Shown piece by piece: positions 20,469 to 30,930 of a stretch of 42,368 nucleotides of DNA. Made by a program: the position numbers and the translations under genes. Positions within the stretch are counted from its first letter, which is position 1. Each line of letters starts with the position of its first letter. This DNA is from a virus (lineage: Duplodnaviria > Heunggongvirae > Uroviricota > Caudoviricetes), in IMG/VR virus record IMGVR_UViG_2737471817_000007, positions 1 through 42,368 of that record; one strand, 5' to 3'. Under the pieces are notes generated by a model. It saw only the letters and a list, made by a program, of their open reading frames with translations. It made no database searches and had not been told where the DNA came from.

Positions 20469-20482
20469 CGTATTTCTCCTGA

Positions 20483-21169
20483 TTAGAAGTTCAGATTTTT
20501 CAGTGCATTCAGTGCAGAGCCCACATCCTCAGCGTCGCGCAGGGACAGTGCGCCATAGCCCCCGGCCATGAATGCTTTGGCCTGGGTACGGGAGAGTCCG
20601 ACATCACGCAGGACTCTTTCGATTTTTTTCTGTTCGGGGATTTCCCCGCGGGCCAGCGCGTTCTTGACGTCGCTGATCCGCGCCTCGTCGTTAGACGGAA
20701 ACGTCACCAGACTGACTTCCCAGAGGTCGATTTCTTTCAGCAGAAAGGCTTCTTTGCTCCGGTCGTATTCCCAGTCTTTCAGGACGTACCCAATAGAAAG
20801 GCCGGTTAACGAACCGGCCTTCATATGTGCATGTGCGCGTTTTGCCAGGGGATCATCATCAATAAGCAACCGACCCCTGACATAAAGCCCGACATCGTCT
20901 TCCTTCATTTCGGTGTAAACACCGATGGGCTCATCCATGCGGTGCTGCCAGAGCAGCGCAGGTAACGCTTTTCTGTCACTCCACGCCCGCAGGGAAGCAG
21001 CAAATGCCCCGGACATCACCACATCATCGTGGCTGTCCTTTACACCAAAGACGGAGCCATACCCTTCAAACTCACCGGAGTCACTGACAGATTTCAGACT
21101 CAGCGGTACATCAAGACGTTGTTTCGTCTGCATTGGCGTTATCCTTCTGCTTACCGGCTTTACTGCCAT
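20483..21169 (-). CDS. Prohead maturation protease (HK97 family)
   Basis: 228 aa between portal and capsid genes. Confidence 0.65.
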   Translation of the reverse strand: MAVKPVSRRITPMQTKQRLDVPLSLKSVSDSGEFEGYGSVFGVKDSHDDVVMSGAFAASLRAWSDRKALPALLWQHRMDEPIGVYTEMKEDDVGLYVRGRLLIDDDPLAKRAHAHMKAGSLTGLSIGYVLKDWEYDRSKEAFLLKEIDLWEVSLVTFPSNDEARISDVKNALARGEIPEQKKIERVLRDVGLSRTQAKAFMAGGYGALSLRDAEDVGSALNALKNLNF

Positions 21170-22352
21170 CGGAGGGTTTCGTGGTCATGTTCATCGGGGT
21201 GAGATAGACATCACCACCGGGACGCGGATTCATATCTTCCAGGTCGCGGCAGTCATTAGGAGAGTAAATTCCCCAGTTGATCCCGGTGGCGTAGGCTTCA
21301 AAACGGGACTTCATATCCCCGCGCAGTAACGCCCCGGCGTTAAATTTGGCGTAATAAACGCCCTGCTTACTTTTTCGTACCAGTCCGGTGTTGATCCGCT
21401 GCTCAATGCGGGTCAGATACGGCACCAGTGAATAGTTGATAAATCCCAGCCCCAGCTCTTCGATATTGTTGAAGGTGGCGCGATCGGTGTTCTGCACCAT
21501 GTGCAATGGCACCCGGAACAGACGACAGATTTCTTCAAGCTGAAACTTGCGGGTTTCCAGAAACTGGCTGTCCTCGGCGTTCAGCGCCATCGACTTCCAG
21601 TCCAGCCCCATCTCAAGGATCATCGGGCGGTGAGCATTGCCAAGCCCGGTGTGACGCTCCTCAAAATCTTTCTTCAGGCGCTCATAAGCCTGATCCGACA
21701 GCGTCTGCTCTGTACGCAACACACCGGACGTCACCGCACCATTGCTGAACAGTCTGGCCCCGTGCTCTTCGGTCGCAGCTGCCAGCGATATTGCCTCGCG
21801 GGCATAGGCGATGGGATTCAGTCCCACCAGACCGTCCAGCGTCAGCGTGCGCACATGCCAGATATCTTCCTGGCTCAGTACATCCGTGGAGCCGTCCGGG
21901 AATGTGACCTGATAGACCGGCTCCCAGCTACTGTTAAGCTTCGGTACCACACAACCGGGATCGACGGGCAGCAGTTCAGCCACTTCGCCAAATGCTTTCA
22001 CTTTGTAGGCGTAAAAGTTGCCCCGCAGGCACAGACAGGTGACCACCAGCTCCCAGAACTCCTGCGGCGTCATATAGCCATTGGGATGCGTGGAGATCAG
22101 CTTATGCAGACGTTCGCCGGTGGCTCTCTGTTTCAGGCTGCCGTTCAGGTGATACAGATTGCAGGGCAACATCCCGACCGACTCTGCCAGCACCCTGACG
22201 CAGGAAAAAACCGCCGTCAGTCGCATGGCCCGCTGGCTGCTGATCTGCTTTCCGGTATAGGTGTCGTAGGACAACCCGATGGCATCCGCCAGCTCTGCTG
22301 GCGTGGTCACCGGTGCGTCACTTTTTCGTTGAAATAATCCCGAAAAGAACAC
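21111..22352 (-). CDS. Portal protein (HK97 family)
   Basis: 413 aa downstream of the large terminase. Confidence 0.7.
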   Translation of the reverse strand: MFFSGLFQRKSDAPVTTPAELADAIGLSYDTYTGKQISSQRAMRLTAVFSCVRVLAESVGMLPCNLYHLNGSLKQRATGERLHKLISTHPNGYMTPQEFWELVVTCLCLRGNFYAYKVKAFGEVAELLPVDPGCVVPKLNSSWEPVYQVTFPDGSTDVLSQEDIWHVRTLTLDGLVGLNPIAYAREAISLAAATEEHGARLFSNGAVTSGVLRTEQTLSDQAYERLKKDFEERHTGLGNAHRPMILEMGLDWKSMALNAEDSQFLETRKFQLEEICRLFRVPLHMVQNTDRATFNNIEELGLGFINYSLVPYLTRIEQRINTGLVRKSKQGVYYAKFNAGALLRGDMKSRFEAYATGINWGIYSPNDCRDLEDMNPRPGGDVYLTPMNMTTKPSDGSKAGKQKDNANADETTS

Positions 22353-22534
22353 TATTTACCTCCACCAACAGACAGCTGTGTACGGTCGAGATATCGCGCC
22401 ACCAGCCACGACCAGAACAGGCACAACGCCCCGGCAACAACAAACCCCGCCGGGGGATAAATCAGCCAGGCACCATACGCCAGCAAAAGCGCCCCCAGCA
22501 CGCCTACCAGAGGCGCGAGAATCAGCATGATCAT
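22352..22534 (-). CDS. Small membrane protein, hypothetical
   Basis: 60 aa, strongly hydrophobic, between terminase and portal. Confidence 0.35.
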   Translation of the reverse strand: MIMLILAPLVGVLGALLLAYGAWLIYPPAGFVVAGALCLFWSWLVARYLDRTQLSVGGGK

Positions 22535-22545
22535 AATTACCTCAG

Positions 22546-24279
22546 TTAAAGCGAGCGGATCCCGTAGGACTCAATGTGGTCAGACAGCGTGTCTTCTTTC
22601 TCGTACAGCATGGCTCTGCCAACCGCCATAATCAGCGCAACTGCACCATCGATTTTGTTTTCCGCCTGCTCTTTGACGGGCTTCACCACATCATCGTTAC
22701 CCGGAATGGTTTTGCCGACCACGTTGCCGATACACCAGGTCATGATGGGATTGCCATCATGATGAAAGCGCCCCGATTCAATCGCCGCTTCCAGCTCTTT
22801 CATCGGATCGGACATGTTGGTGTAGTTCTGAATGATGGTGACGGGGTTCAGGTCTTCATCAGCAAGGTCATGTGACAGCCCGGTCGCCCCGAAGGGGTCG
22901 ATGGGTGACTCACTGACCGGGCTGATTTTGTTCGCCGCTTTGGCCTCTTCGAGGATGTAGCGATAATCCACCTCCGCACCATCGGTAACGGTCAGAACGC
23001 CCATTTCCACCCATTTCTGAAAGCGTTCGGCTGTCCGGCGATCTTCATTTTTCTCGACGCTGTACACCGTGTCATACGGTACCCAGAAACGCGGGGCCAC
23101 ACTGTAGTAATGCGTTTTACCGTCAATCTCGCGGGTATAAAGTCGCGCCATGCTGTTCATATCCAGCTTACGCGCCAGGTCAAAGGCCAGAATGCACGGC
23201 TGCCCCTCGAACTGCTCAAGGGTCAGTGATTTATCCTCGCAGCTCTGCCAGCTCACCAGGTTGAAATACGCCGAACGCGCCGACACCCAGATATTGAGGT
23301 GTTTTGTTTTAAAGACGTTTGCCAGACGGGCGTTATTTTTCGCACGCTGCTGCTGACTTAACAAAAATTCGCGATAAACCGACACGCCAATATTTGGATT
23401 GGCTTTTTCCAGCACCTGCGGGTCGGTCCAGTCGTCACCTTCATCAACGGTATAGATGATCCCGAACAGTTCATCGTTTGGCACCGAGCCGTTGAGCATC
23501 TCGATGACTTCCCGCCGTTTGTCGTAGCACGGCCCCTCAATGTTGTACCCGGCGGTGGTAATGGCCCACATCAGTGGCTGGCGTCGCGCCCCCATCCCGG
23601 TAAGCATCGTGGTGTAAAGCGCATCTGTGGCGTGCTCGTGATATTCATCCACCACGGCACAGTGGGGTGATGAACCATCACCGGGGTTACCGATCAGCGG
23701 TTCAAACCGCGCACCATCCTCCGGACGGTTCATGTTTGAGGCGTTAACCTCAATCCCGAACGCTTCCGTCAGCATGGGTGTGCGTTTACACATCAGTCGT
23801 GCCGGACGAAAGACTTCCCACGCCTGTTTCTCCGTCGTGGCACCGGAATACACTTCCGCGCCGAACTCGTTATCACAGGCAAAACAATACAGGGCAACAC
23901 CGGCAGAGATTGCCGATTTGCCGTTCTTACGGGGAATTTCGGTATACACCTCCCGGAAGCGGCGCAACCGGGTGCCTTTATTGACCCAGCCAAACGCACA
24001 GCAGATCACAAATAGCTGCCACGGCTCCAGCGTGATGGGCATCCGTTTAAATGCCCACTCACCCTTGGTGTGCGGCAACAGCTGAATAAATTTGGCGGCC
24101 CGTTCAGCCAGGTCCTTGTCGAAGCGGTAACGAAACGACTTACTTTTTTCCGCCATCAGGTCATCAAGATGGCGCTGGCAGGCCTGAATCACAAACTGGC
24201 AGGCAATAATCTTTCCGCGCACGACATCCCGGGCATACTGATTTGCAGCATTTACGTTGGGGTAAGATTTCCGGCTCAT
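22546..24279 (-). CDS. Terminase large subunit
   Basis: 577 aa in the expected position downstream of the small terminase subunit and upstream of portal. Confidence 0.8.
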   Translation of the reverse strand: MSRKSYPNVNAANQYARDVVRGKIIACQFVIQACQRHLDDLMAEKSKSFRYRFDKDLAERAAKFIQLLPHTKGEWAFKRMPITLEPWQLFVICCAFGWVNKGTRLRRFREVYTEIPRKNGKSAISAGVALYCFACDNEFGAEVYSGATTEKQAWEVFRPARLMCKRTPMLTEAFGIEVNASNMNRPEDGARFEPLIGNPGDGSSPHCAVVDEYHEHATDALYTTMLTGMGARRQPLMWAITTAGYNIEGPCYDKRREVIEMLNGSVPNDELFGIIYTVDEGDDWTDPQVLEKANPNIGVSVYREFLLSQQQRAKNNARLANVFKTKHLNIWVSARSAYFNLVSWQSCEDKSLTLEQFEGQPCILAFDLARKLDMNSMARLYTREIDGKTHYYSVAPRFWVPYDTVYSVEKNEDRRTAERFQKWVEMGVLTVTDGAEVDYRYILEEAKAANKISPVSESPIDPFGATGLSHDLADEDLNPVTIIQNYTNMSDPMKELEAAIESGRFHHDGNPIMTWCIGNVVGKTIPGNDDVVKPVKEQAENKIDGAVALIMAVGRAMLYEKEDTLSDHIESYGIRSL

Positions 24280-24779
24280 GATTCGATAATTTTCAGAAAC
24301 GGGTTAGTGGCTTTCTTCTTCCCCGCCAGGCCAATCAGACGCTGGCGGCTGCTGGGGTCGAGTCCGAGCATTGCCCCCGTACTGCTCATCTCGGACTCCT
24401 GTTCTTTTTTGGCGGTCAGCTCCGGATTTTTGACCATACCGCCCATTGCACCGGTGATGGTGTTGCCCTGTCTGGCAATATTTTTCACGGCACGTCGCCA
24501 GAACTCGTAGGCCACGCACCACCGCTCAAGCACCACGAGGTCAGTCACGCACAGCAGGCCCTGACCGCAGAGTTCTTTGGTTGTCAGTTGCCACATGATC
24601 GTGGCGAGAGGGAGATCTTCTTCAGCGAACCACTCCGGTGGCTCAACACCTTTGATGGGCGTAAAAACAGGTTCATCTTTATTCAGGGCTCGCTTGCCGG
24701 GGTTTCCGGCCAGCGCCTTGCGCGCCGTTGGCTTGGGGCGACGCCCGGAACGCCCCGCCGTTCCAGCCATATGCGGCAC
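24276..24779 (-). CDS. Terminase small subunit
   Basis: 167 aa, overlapping the terminase large subunit start. Confidence 0.6.
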   Translation of the reverse strand: MPHMAGTAGRSGRRPKPTARKALAGNPGKRALNKDEPVFTPIKGVEPPEWFAEEDLPLATIMWQLTTKELCGQGLLCVTDLVVLERWCVAYEFWRRAVKNIARQGNTITGAMGGMVKNPELTAKKEQESEMSSTGAMLGLDPSSRQRLIGLAGKKKATNPFLKIIES

Positions 24780-24896
24780 TCCTGGTTAAATTTCATTTTT
24801 CGCGGGTATAAAAAAACGATGGGGCGGGCAGTCCGGAAGGCGCGCGGTCGCAGAGATTTGACCTCCCCCTCCCCAGTCTGATGATGACATTAATTA

Positions 24897-25253
24897 TCAC
24901 TTGAGCCGCTCACGCGCGGTCTTCGCTGCGTGACACGACCAGCACAGGCTTTCAAGGTTGCTGTCTTCATCAGTACCGCCGTGGGCCTTCGCCTTGATGT
25001 GGTCCACGCAGGACGCCTGCTTCACTATCGCCTGCCGTAGATGGTTCTGACACAGCCCTTTGTCGCGCTTAAGTATCCGCTCCCGGATGACTTCCCACTT
25101 TGTTCCGTATCCTCGCTGCTGCCGTGATTGACCAGGCTTGTAGGACTTCCAGCCTTCACCTTTGTGATTTTCACAGTAGCCAGATGGGTCTGTTGTGGTG
25201 TTGCGACAGCCGCGAACACGGCAAGCCTTTGGTGTGCGCGGTGGCATATTCAC
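24897..25253 (-). CDS. HNH endonuclease (packaging-associated)
   Basis: 118 aa with CxxC ... VDHIKAKAHGG ... N ... CWSCH motif, just upstream of the terminase genes. Confidence 0.75.
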   Translation of the reverse strand: MNMPPRTPKACRVRGCRNTTTDPSGYCENHKGEGWKSYKPGQSRQQRGYGTKWEVIRERILKRDKGLCQNHLRQAIVKQASCVDHIKAKAHGGTDEDSNLESLCWSCHAAKTARERLK

Positions 25254-25310
25254 TCCCTAAAAAACGTATAGCATTATCGCAGACACTTAATGAATGCCTG
25301 CTGAATGCCA

Positions 25311-25514
25311 CTAATCGTCGAGTTGCAATACACCGTGCTCAAGTGACTCTGAGTAAGCGATCAGCCCTGTGTATTCAGGGATAATCTCGCCATCATCCGC
25401 TTCGAATTCCGGGATTGTACCAGTGGTGATGGTGTATTGGGGCTGACCATCTTCTTTCGCGAATGCTGCTAGGTCTTCAATCTGCTTAGCTGTAAGAACT
25501 ACTGTCATGCTCAT
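25311..25514 (-). CDS. Hypothetical acidic small protein
   Basis: 67-aa ORF with GAGG Shine-Dalgarno. Confidence 0.35.
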   Translation of the reverse strand: MSMTVVLTAKQIEDLAAFAKEDGQPQYTITTGTIPEFEADDGEIIPEYTGLIAYSESLEHGVLQLDD

Positions 25515-25532
25515 ACCTCAGTTGTTAAAAAG

Positions 25533-25557
25533 CCCCGCTATTGCGAGGCTATGATTG
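25533..25557 (-). terminator. Intrinsic terminator after the 25573-25848 membrane-protein gene
   Basis: agcctcgcaatagcggggct hairpin followed by UUUUU on the minus strand. Confidence 0.4.
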
Positions 25558-25572
25558 ACTAAAGTGATGCTG

Positions 25573-25848
25573 TCAGGTGTGGGTCCAAATGAATTTAACA
25601 ATCCCAATAATGCTAGCCAGAACGCCAAAACCAAAAATAAATTGACCACATACCCCTATGATTCCCGATGCAATGGCACCGGCATTTGTCTGAGCATTTT
25701 CGTTTATGCTCGCCCCCACTAGATACATAATCAAACCAACTATGAGAGATGCGATAATCCAATGTTCCACTGCTAATACAATTACAATGCTCAAAATATC
25801 TGCTAAACCATCACTATGACCACTCACTGCATATCCTTGCTTTGACAT
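25573..25848 (-). CDS. Small multi-pass membrane protein (moron candidate)
   Basis: 91 aa with 2-3 predicted transmembrane helices; AT-rich; followed by its own terminator. Confidence 0.45.
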   Translation of the reverse strand: MSKQGYAVSGHSDGLADILSIVIVLAVEHWIIASLIVGLIMYLVGASINENAQTNAGAIASGIIGVCGQFIFGFGVLASIIGIVKFIWTHT

Positions 25849-25914
25849 TTGAAAAATTCATCACTGGATTATAATTGTTTACACCCTTCATAGTCGTTCG
25901 AATATGATAAAAAA

Positions 25915-26451
25915 TCAATTGTGGGGGATAGCGTTATTTGACTCTCTCAACGAGTCGTAAATACGTTCACACGTCATCCCGGCGGTGTAGCGTTCGTCAG
26001 CGATTCCAGCATAACGTTTAGCTTCTGCTGCAATATCTCCGAGCATGTCGGCGAACATTCCGGCGTCGGCGTCGGTTGTTTTGCTTCGGACGGCAGCGGC
26101 AAGATCAGCGGTGTGCTTTGCGGCGTCCAGGCGTGCGGCAAGCTTTGTTGCTTCGGTACGCAACTGGCTAACAGTGGCAGACAGGCCAGCAGCAGTGGCA
26201 GCAGATTTAGCGGCTTGTGCTTGTGCATCTTTTACAGCCTCATCACGGGCAATTATGCGCCCTTGTTCAATCCAGCGTGCGGCAGTCTGCGCGTTCGCTT
26301 CCTGTGAAGATTCCATGCTATTGTGGTCAGCCCACTTCTTTTGCCAGCCCCGCTCACTCCAGATGTTCCCGACAAGAAATGCACCAGCCAACATCAGCAA
26401 AACAATGATTGTTTTCCACCGCGCCTGAACAAAAGCAAAGACCGCTGTCAT
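25915..26451 (-). CDS. Rz-like i-spanin
   Basis: 178 aa; N-terminal transmembrane helix then Ala/Gln-rich coiled coil; follows the endolysin. Confidence 0.65.
   Translation of the reverse strand: MTAVFAFVQARWKTIIVLLMLAGAFLVGNIWSERGWQKKWADHNSMESSQEANAQTAARWIEQGRIIARDEAVKDAQAQAAKSAATAAGLSATVSQLRTEATKLAARLDAAKHTADLAAAVRSKTTDADAGMFADMLGDIAAEAKRYAGIADERYTAGMTCERIYDSLRESNNAIPHN
25974..26228 (-). CDS. Rz1-like o-spanin lipoprotein embedded in Rz
   Basis: Out-of-frame ORF inside Rz; signal peptide with LLASC lipobox, proline-rich mature part. Confidence 0.55.
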   Translation of the reverse strand: MHKHKPLNLLPLLLACLPLLASCVPKQQSLPHAWTPQSTPLILPLPSEAKQPTPTPECSPTCSEILQQKLNVMLESLTNATPPG

Positions 26452-27065
26452 ACCAGCAACGCCGCCCGCGCTTTGTTATAACGACTATTTCTGTCAGCCA
26501 GTCCATTCTGGCCACCGTTGATGATCTGCGTTACACGGACAACATCACCTGAATACATCAGACAACCACGTAATGTGAAATACCATGCAGCAGAACGGGC
26601 TGCATGTTTCTCCTGTGTCAGCAACTCTGGTGTGCTGATCAGATCCAACTTCAGCGCCGCACCGCATTTGGCGTAGTTCTCGCGGCCGGTGATTTGAAGC
26701 AGGCCACGACCGCGATATTTCCAGCCGTCACCCTGGCTGTTATTCCCCATGCGGTCACCATAAACCAGATTGGCTATTTGCGGCTGGTGGGCTACCTGCT
26801 TACCATCGACACGCCCCAGCATTTCACACTGATAAGGCGTCAGGCGTTTACTAAAGGTTTTCTTCAGCCCGTCTACCGAGTAGTTGAAGCTTTCCACCAG
26901 CGAGGTAAAACCAGCAGATTCATGCCCAACTTGTGCAATGAACATGGCCTGATCGTTAACTGCTGTGATTCCAAACTCTTTCATTGCAGCATCAATGTGC
27001 GGAAACCAGCGTGCAGCCAGCCCGGCGCTAATACCAGCCGCCTTTTGAAATAATTGTTGGTTCAT
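26448..27065 (-). CDS. Endolysin, glycoside hydrolase family 19 (chitinase-like)
   Basis: 205 aa with [10 protein letters not shown] and [13 protein letters not shown] motifs. Confidence 0.7.
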   Translation of the reverse strand: MNQQLFQKAAGISAGLAARWFPHIDAAMKEFGITAVNDQAMFIAQVGHESAGFTSLVESFNYSVDGLKKTFSKRLTPYQCEMLGRVDGKQVAHQPQIANLVYGDRMGNNSQGDGWKYRGRGLLQITGRENYAKCGAALKLDLISTPELLTQEKHAARSAAWYFTLRGCLMYSGDVVRVTQIINGGQNGLADRNSRYNKARAALLV

Positions 27066-27346
27066 TAGTGCCTCAGATGATCAACCAGACGTGCAACGTT
27101 GCCTCTTACGGCCACCAGCACGGAAAGAAAAATAGTGTTCGCCACGATAATGGGCCATGAGGAATGGGGATAAATCCCACAGAGATAGGCCAACGGAACA
27201 GCACTGTATGTAACAGTAATCAGCCAGGCTAAACGTGAAACCCAAGGACGATGCCGCGAATCACCACGACGATAAAACATCAGAGTAATAACAACACAAG
27301 CACATAACAGCGCATTTATAGTTGCTGTCGGGTCATTTAGCTCCAC
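27065..27346 (-). CDS. Holin/antiholin-like membrane protein
   Basis: 93 aa, hydrophobic, between holin and endolysin. Confidence 0.5.
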   Translation of the reverse strand: MELNDPTATINALLCACVVITLMFYRRGDSRHRPWVSRLAWLITVTYSAVPLAYLCGIYPHSSWPIIVANTIFLSVLVAVRGNVARLVDHLRH

Positions 27347-27719
27347 CTGAACCTCCCCGGCGCGTTATGAGCGCCACCAGCGAGCCGATATCCTGATTAT
27401 TCAGGAACGTCAGGATTTTAACGGCTAAAGCAGAGACGATTACGGCACCAATAGCATCCAGAGGTTTATCACTGTATCCGGTCAAGTGCGCCAGCTTGGA
27501 GCCAACCAACCCAGAGCAAAGGATCCCGGCAATATACGACACGATAAAATATGCCAGTCGGCGCGATGCGCTCAGATCCGCTGCTGTTGCTATGTAGAAT
27601 ACAGCCCCTGCAAATGCGCCAAATACAACGCCGTAATCAGTTCCGGTCAGCAGTCCATAAACACTGGCACCCGTCAGGGCACCACCAGCCAGCCCAGTAC
27701 CGGAAATCGGATCGGACAT
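27333..27719 (-). CDS. Holin
   Basis: 128 aa, Gly/Ala-rich transmembrane segments, first gene of the lysis cassette. Confidence 0.55.
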   Translation of the reverse strand: MSDPISGTGLAGGALTGASVYGLLTGTDYGVVFGAFAGAVFYIATAADLSASRRLAYFIVSYIAGILCSGLVGSKLAHLTGYSDKPLDAIGAVIVSALAVKILTFLNNQDIGSLVALITRRGGSGGAK

Positions 27720-27775
27720 TTAGCCCCCTCTTAATTGCTGTTGGTCCTCTCAGAACGAGGGGAAACAAAAAAGGC

Positions 27776-27799
27776 CGCATTAAGGCGGCCTTGGTAAGG
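27776..27799 (-). terminator. Intrinsic terminator downstream of the 27810-28406 moron
   Basis: ggccgc-attaag-gcggcc stem followed by U6 on the minus strand. Confidence 0.6.
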
Positions 27800-27809
27800 T
27801 ATAGTTTTT

Positions 27810-28406
27810 TTAAGATAAACTTTGATTGATATACTCATGACACCCAAAAATAAAGGCGTTTTGTGCATCAATAAATGACTTTTTTTCTTCCGGAGTAAAA
27901 TACCCTTTTGTAAAACATACTTTTAGCGCTTTTTGAAGATCTGCCGTCAGGGTTATCAACTTACAACCTTCCTCATCAGGCCTTATTAATAGAAGTAATT
28001 TATTTTTACTTATTTCAGCGGCCTTTATTGGAACTTGAATCTCCTCAGGGAAAACACCCTTAGCCAATATATCCATATTCTTATTTCCGACCAGATGCCA
28101 TTGCTCAAATGTGCTGGCCAACATAATTACGTCTGTCACATGCTCAGCGCCAGCAAAACGTATTTGTTGCGCCAATTCTTTATTAGTATTCAAGTGAGCC
28201 TGTAATGTGGCTAAGGCAAAATTTTCTTTGATTGCCCTGTATGCAACCCAACCAGTTATTCCTGCGGCAATAACGCCTGCAAGAGCAGTAATGAGTGTTT
28301 CAAAAGGAAAGGAAGAACTGATTTCAATTGGCGGTAATTTTTCTATTACCAAGGTCAACTCGCCAGTAGTTTTTTCGAAAGCGTACGGTACGTTTTGCCA
28401 AGTCAT
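27810..28406 (-). CDS. Low-GC moron protein of unknown function with one internal hydrophobic helix, between Q and the lysis cassette
   Basis: 198 aa; AGGAGG Shine-Dalgarno; terminators on both sides; AT-rich relative to backbone. Confidence 0.6.
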   Translation of the reverse strand: MTWQNVPYAFEKTTGELTLVIEKLPPIEISSSFPFETLITALAGVIAAGITGWVAYRAIKENFALATLQAHLNTNKELAQQIRFAGAEHVTDVIMLASTFEQWHLVGNKNMDILAKGVFPEEIQVPIKAAEISKNKLLLLIRPDEEGCKLITLTADLQKALKVCFTKGYFTPEEKKSFIDAQNAFIFGCHEYINQSLS

Positions 28407-28436
28407 GAAGCCTCCTGAGTTTCAGAGGAATCATAA

Positions 28437-28460
28437 CAAAAAAACCCGCTCAATGGCGGG
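28437..28460 (-). terminator. tR'-like intrinsic terminator just downstream of the Q-like gene
   Basis: cccgc-cattga-gcggg stem followed by U7 on the minus strand. Confidence 0.55.
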
Positions 28461-28512
28461 CTCTTAATGTTGTGTTGCTCAGTTCGCTTTAACGTCCCGA
28501 GCCTACCACAAT

Positions 28513-29091
28513 TTAAGCACTTTCTTGCTCACTCTGCAACTTAAATCTGTCGCTATTTGTGCCGAATGCGTCACAAACTGGAGCGTACAGGATCGATTCT
28601 GCAAGACTTAGCCAAGTGTCAATGCGTCGACGACAGGTGATCAGCGGCCAGTCAGGATGTTTAGCCTGCAGTTCATTGGCCATCTGCAACTTGCTCTTAC
28701 GAAGACGATACCGGTCAACAATCACGCTATAGAGCGATCGGTAGTCATCATTCATCAGTACTGAAGCAATGACACCGTCCACTAACAACCCTTCTTCATC
28801 TGAACAGAACGCCAGGCCGCTTTTATTTTTGCTGTTGAGAATTTCACGCAGGTACGCTTCAAGTTCAGGCTTGGTGATACCCGCTATCTTCATCCGGCGT
28901 AGCGCTTCATTGATAGCTGTCTTGGTGATTTTCCCGGATGCCAGAAGCTGGTTAAACATGTTTCCACCACTACCACCGCCGATATAAGACCAGCGGCCCC
29001 ACATGCGCAACTTGCCTTGTATCCAGATACTTTCCAGAGTACGAAGGCGAACCATTTCACCTGATTTGCCAACTTCAGAAGGATTAATCAT
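28513..29091 (-). CDS. Late-gene antiterminator Q-like protein
   Basis: 192 aa immediately upstream of a terminator and the lysis genes; no clear motif match, call rests on position. Confidence 0.45.
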   Translation of the reverse strand: MINPSEVGKSGEMVRLRTLESIWIQGKLRMWGRWSYIGGGSGGNMFNQLLASGKITKTAINEALRRMKIAGITKPELEAYLREILNSKNKSGLAFCSDEEGLLVDGVIASVLMNDDYRSLYSVIVDRYRLRKSKLQMANELQAKHPDWPLITCRRRIDTWLSLAESILYAPVCDAFGTNSDRFKLQSEQESA

Positions 29092-29105
29092 TTAGCATTC
29101 TCCAC

Positions 29106-29900
29106 TTACGCCAGTACGCCTATTGCCAGCGCACGATCGATAAAACGAAATATCAGCTCCAGCTGGGAGCCATACTTCTCTTCAAATGCCACGGTATCCG
29201 CATGCAGCTCGTCGTGATGCTTTCTGCACAAAGGCAACACAAAGAGGTCATGCGCTTTTGTACCCATTCCACCCTGACCGTGACCTATCAGGTGGTGGGG
29301 ATCATCAGCAGGCTTTCCACAACATGCACACGGCTGTGTCTTAACCCAGCGCGTGTACTTTTCATTAACCCAGCGGCGACGTTTGGGGCGTAACATAAAA
29401 GACTCCGGCGACTCCGGATCCACTTTCAGCGCCAGCACCTTTTTCGCCTTATCCTGGATGATGCTGGTGGCAGGAACCGAAGGCACAAGGTCACTTTCCC
29501 GGGTGACAGACTGCACAACAGGCTTCGGTAATCTCAGTGCCTTACGGGCTGCACTTTCCGGTAAGGCATCTGCCAGATCATTACGAATCAGCCACCAGCA
29601 CAGTTCCGGCATTGTCACAACGTGACTATCATCAAAACCGAGATCCCGACGCACAACAGACAACACCCAGCGGGCACAGTTATCCGTTGCCATTGATTCC
29701 AGCCGTTCCGTGAACTGATCGCGCAGCTGGTTATCGCAGTGCCAGCACAGACGGATTGCGCCCGGAGCGTGTCGCATTGTGGTCATGTTCTCGCTGTGCC
29801 AGTCGGAATGAGGCCACTGGCAGCCTTTTTCACGAAGTAACCAGCTTTCAAGACATTCCACGCCACCAGCACGACGGATCACTGCCTCATTGCGGAACAC
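29106..29900 (-). CDS. DUF968 / NinG-like phage protein with Cys/His zinc-finger-like motif
   Basis: 264 aa; CACCGKPADDPHHL ... CRKHHDELH motif; nin-region position. Confidence 0.45.
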   Translation of the reverse strand: MFRNEAVIRRAGGVECLESWLLREKGCQWPHSDWHSENMTTMRHAPGAIRLCWHCDNQLRDQFTERLESMATDNCARWVLSVVRRDLGFDDSHVVTMPELCWWLIRNDLADALPESAARKALRLPKPVVQSVTRESDLVPSVPATSIIQDKAKKVLALKVDPESPESFMLRPKRRRWVNEKYTRWVKTQPCACCGKPADDPHHLIGHGQGGMGTKAHDLFVLPLCRKHHDELHADTVAFEEKYGSQLELIFRFIDRALAIGVLA

Positions 29901-30101
29901 GGCCCGAACGGCAGGAGCATCCGCCAGCGGTTGTGATGCCGCCGGAACAGCACCACTGGCGAAAGATGAATAACGTTCCGGCTCAGGCTCCAGCAGGACA
30001 CGCCCTGCATAAACAAGGGCATCAGCTCTGAACCTGGCCTGAACAATACGATCCCCATACGCGGGGCAATTTCAGGGGTCAGTAGTGCTCTCACGGTCAC
30101 C

Positions 30102-30911
30102 TCAATGAACGGTATCGAGCAGCTTTAACAGCTCAGGGAATCGGGATTCGAAGAAATGCGGCTGCGTCTCGCGCGGATTTGCGGGACTGGTGATGTTCTT
30201 GCCGAACATGCAGCCTTTCGCTGTCAGCGACCAGAATTTTTTGATGTTGTTAATCGCGGTACGGCTGTATCGTTCGCGCTGCTCGACGATCCCCAGCTTC
30301 ACCATCTGGTGATATGCCTGATTAGCCGTCAGGCGGATACCATACTGTTTCAGCAGTGCACTCAGTGACAGCGTGGGGCGGCTTGAACCATCAGGCGCGT
30401 CAGCAGGAGCATCAATGGCATAGCGCGGTGCCAGATTCGGTAAGCCAACAGCCTCCTGGAGTTTCTGACAGGCACCAAGCACTGAAGAGTTAGACAGGTT
30501 TAATTCCCGGCGCATAAAGTCCAGCAGAATCACACCAGCCTGCATCTTGTCAGCAGCCTGTCCGGATAATTTTTCCGGTGCGCTGGTTACCATGTCGAAA
30601 GTACGGATCACCTTCAGATGGAATGACGGGCTGATCCACATTGCATAGGCATACACCAGTTCCTTGCAGACATAAGTTCCCCGTTCATTTCCCCCATGAA
30701 TCACACTCACCGGGTCAACACCCAAATTCTGGGTGTTGGTCAATTCATGAACAAGTTCAACAGTTTGTTGGCTGGAAAGAAACTTTCCTGGCTCCTTGGT
30801 TCTGGCATTTGCACCAGATGCTACTGCTGCGCGATGCAGATCGTTCAGGCTGTAACGCCCATAAGCATCACGACGAACTTCAATACCATCAATGACCATC
30901 AGATTATTCAT
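30102..30911 (-). CDS. KilA-N domain protein
   Basis: 269 aa; N-terminal region resembles KilA-N DNA-binding domains. Confidence 0.55.
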   Translation of the reverse strand: MNNLMVIDGIEVRRDAYGRYSLNDLHRAAVASGANARTKEPGKFLSSQQTVELVHELTNTQNLGVDPVSVIHGGNERGTYVCKELVYAYAMWISPSFHLKVIRTFDMVTSAPEKLSGQAADKMQAGVILLDFMRRELNLSNSSVLGACQKLQEAVGLPNLAPRYAIDAPADAPDGSSRPTLSLSALLKQYGIRLTANQAYHQMVKLGIVEQRERYSRTAINNIKKFWSLTAKGCMFGKNITSPANPRETQPHFFESRFPELLKLLDTVH

Positions 30912-30930
30912 ACTTCGTTTCTCCTCTTAA

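Noticed and set aside
29879-30100. 73-aa minus-strand ORF between the DUF968 and KilA-N genes
   Set aside because: Could be a small nin-region gene but has no clear start context and the composition is unconvincing; left unannotated.
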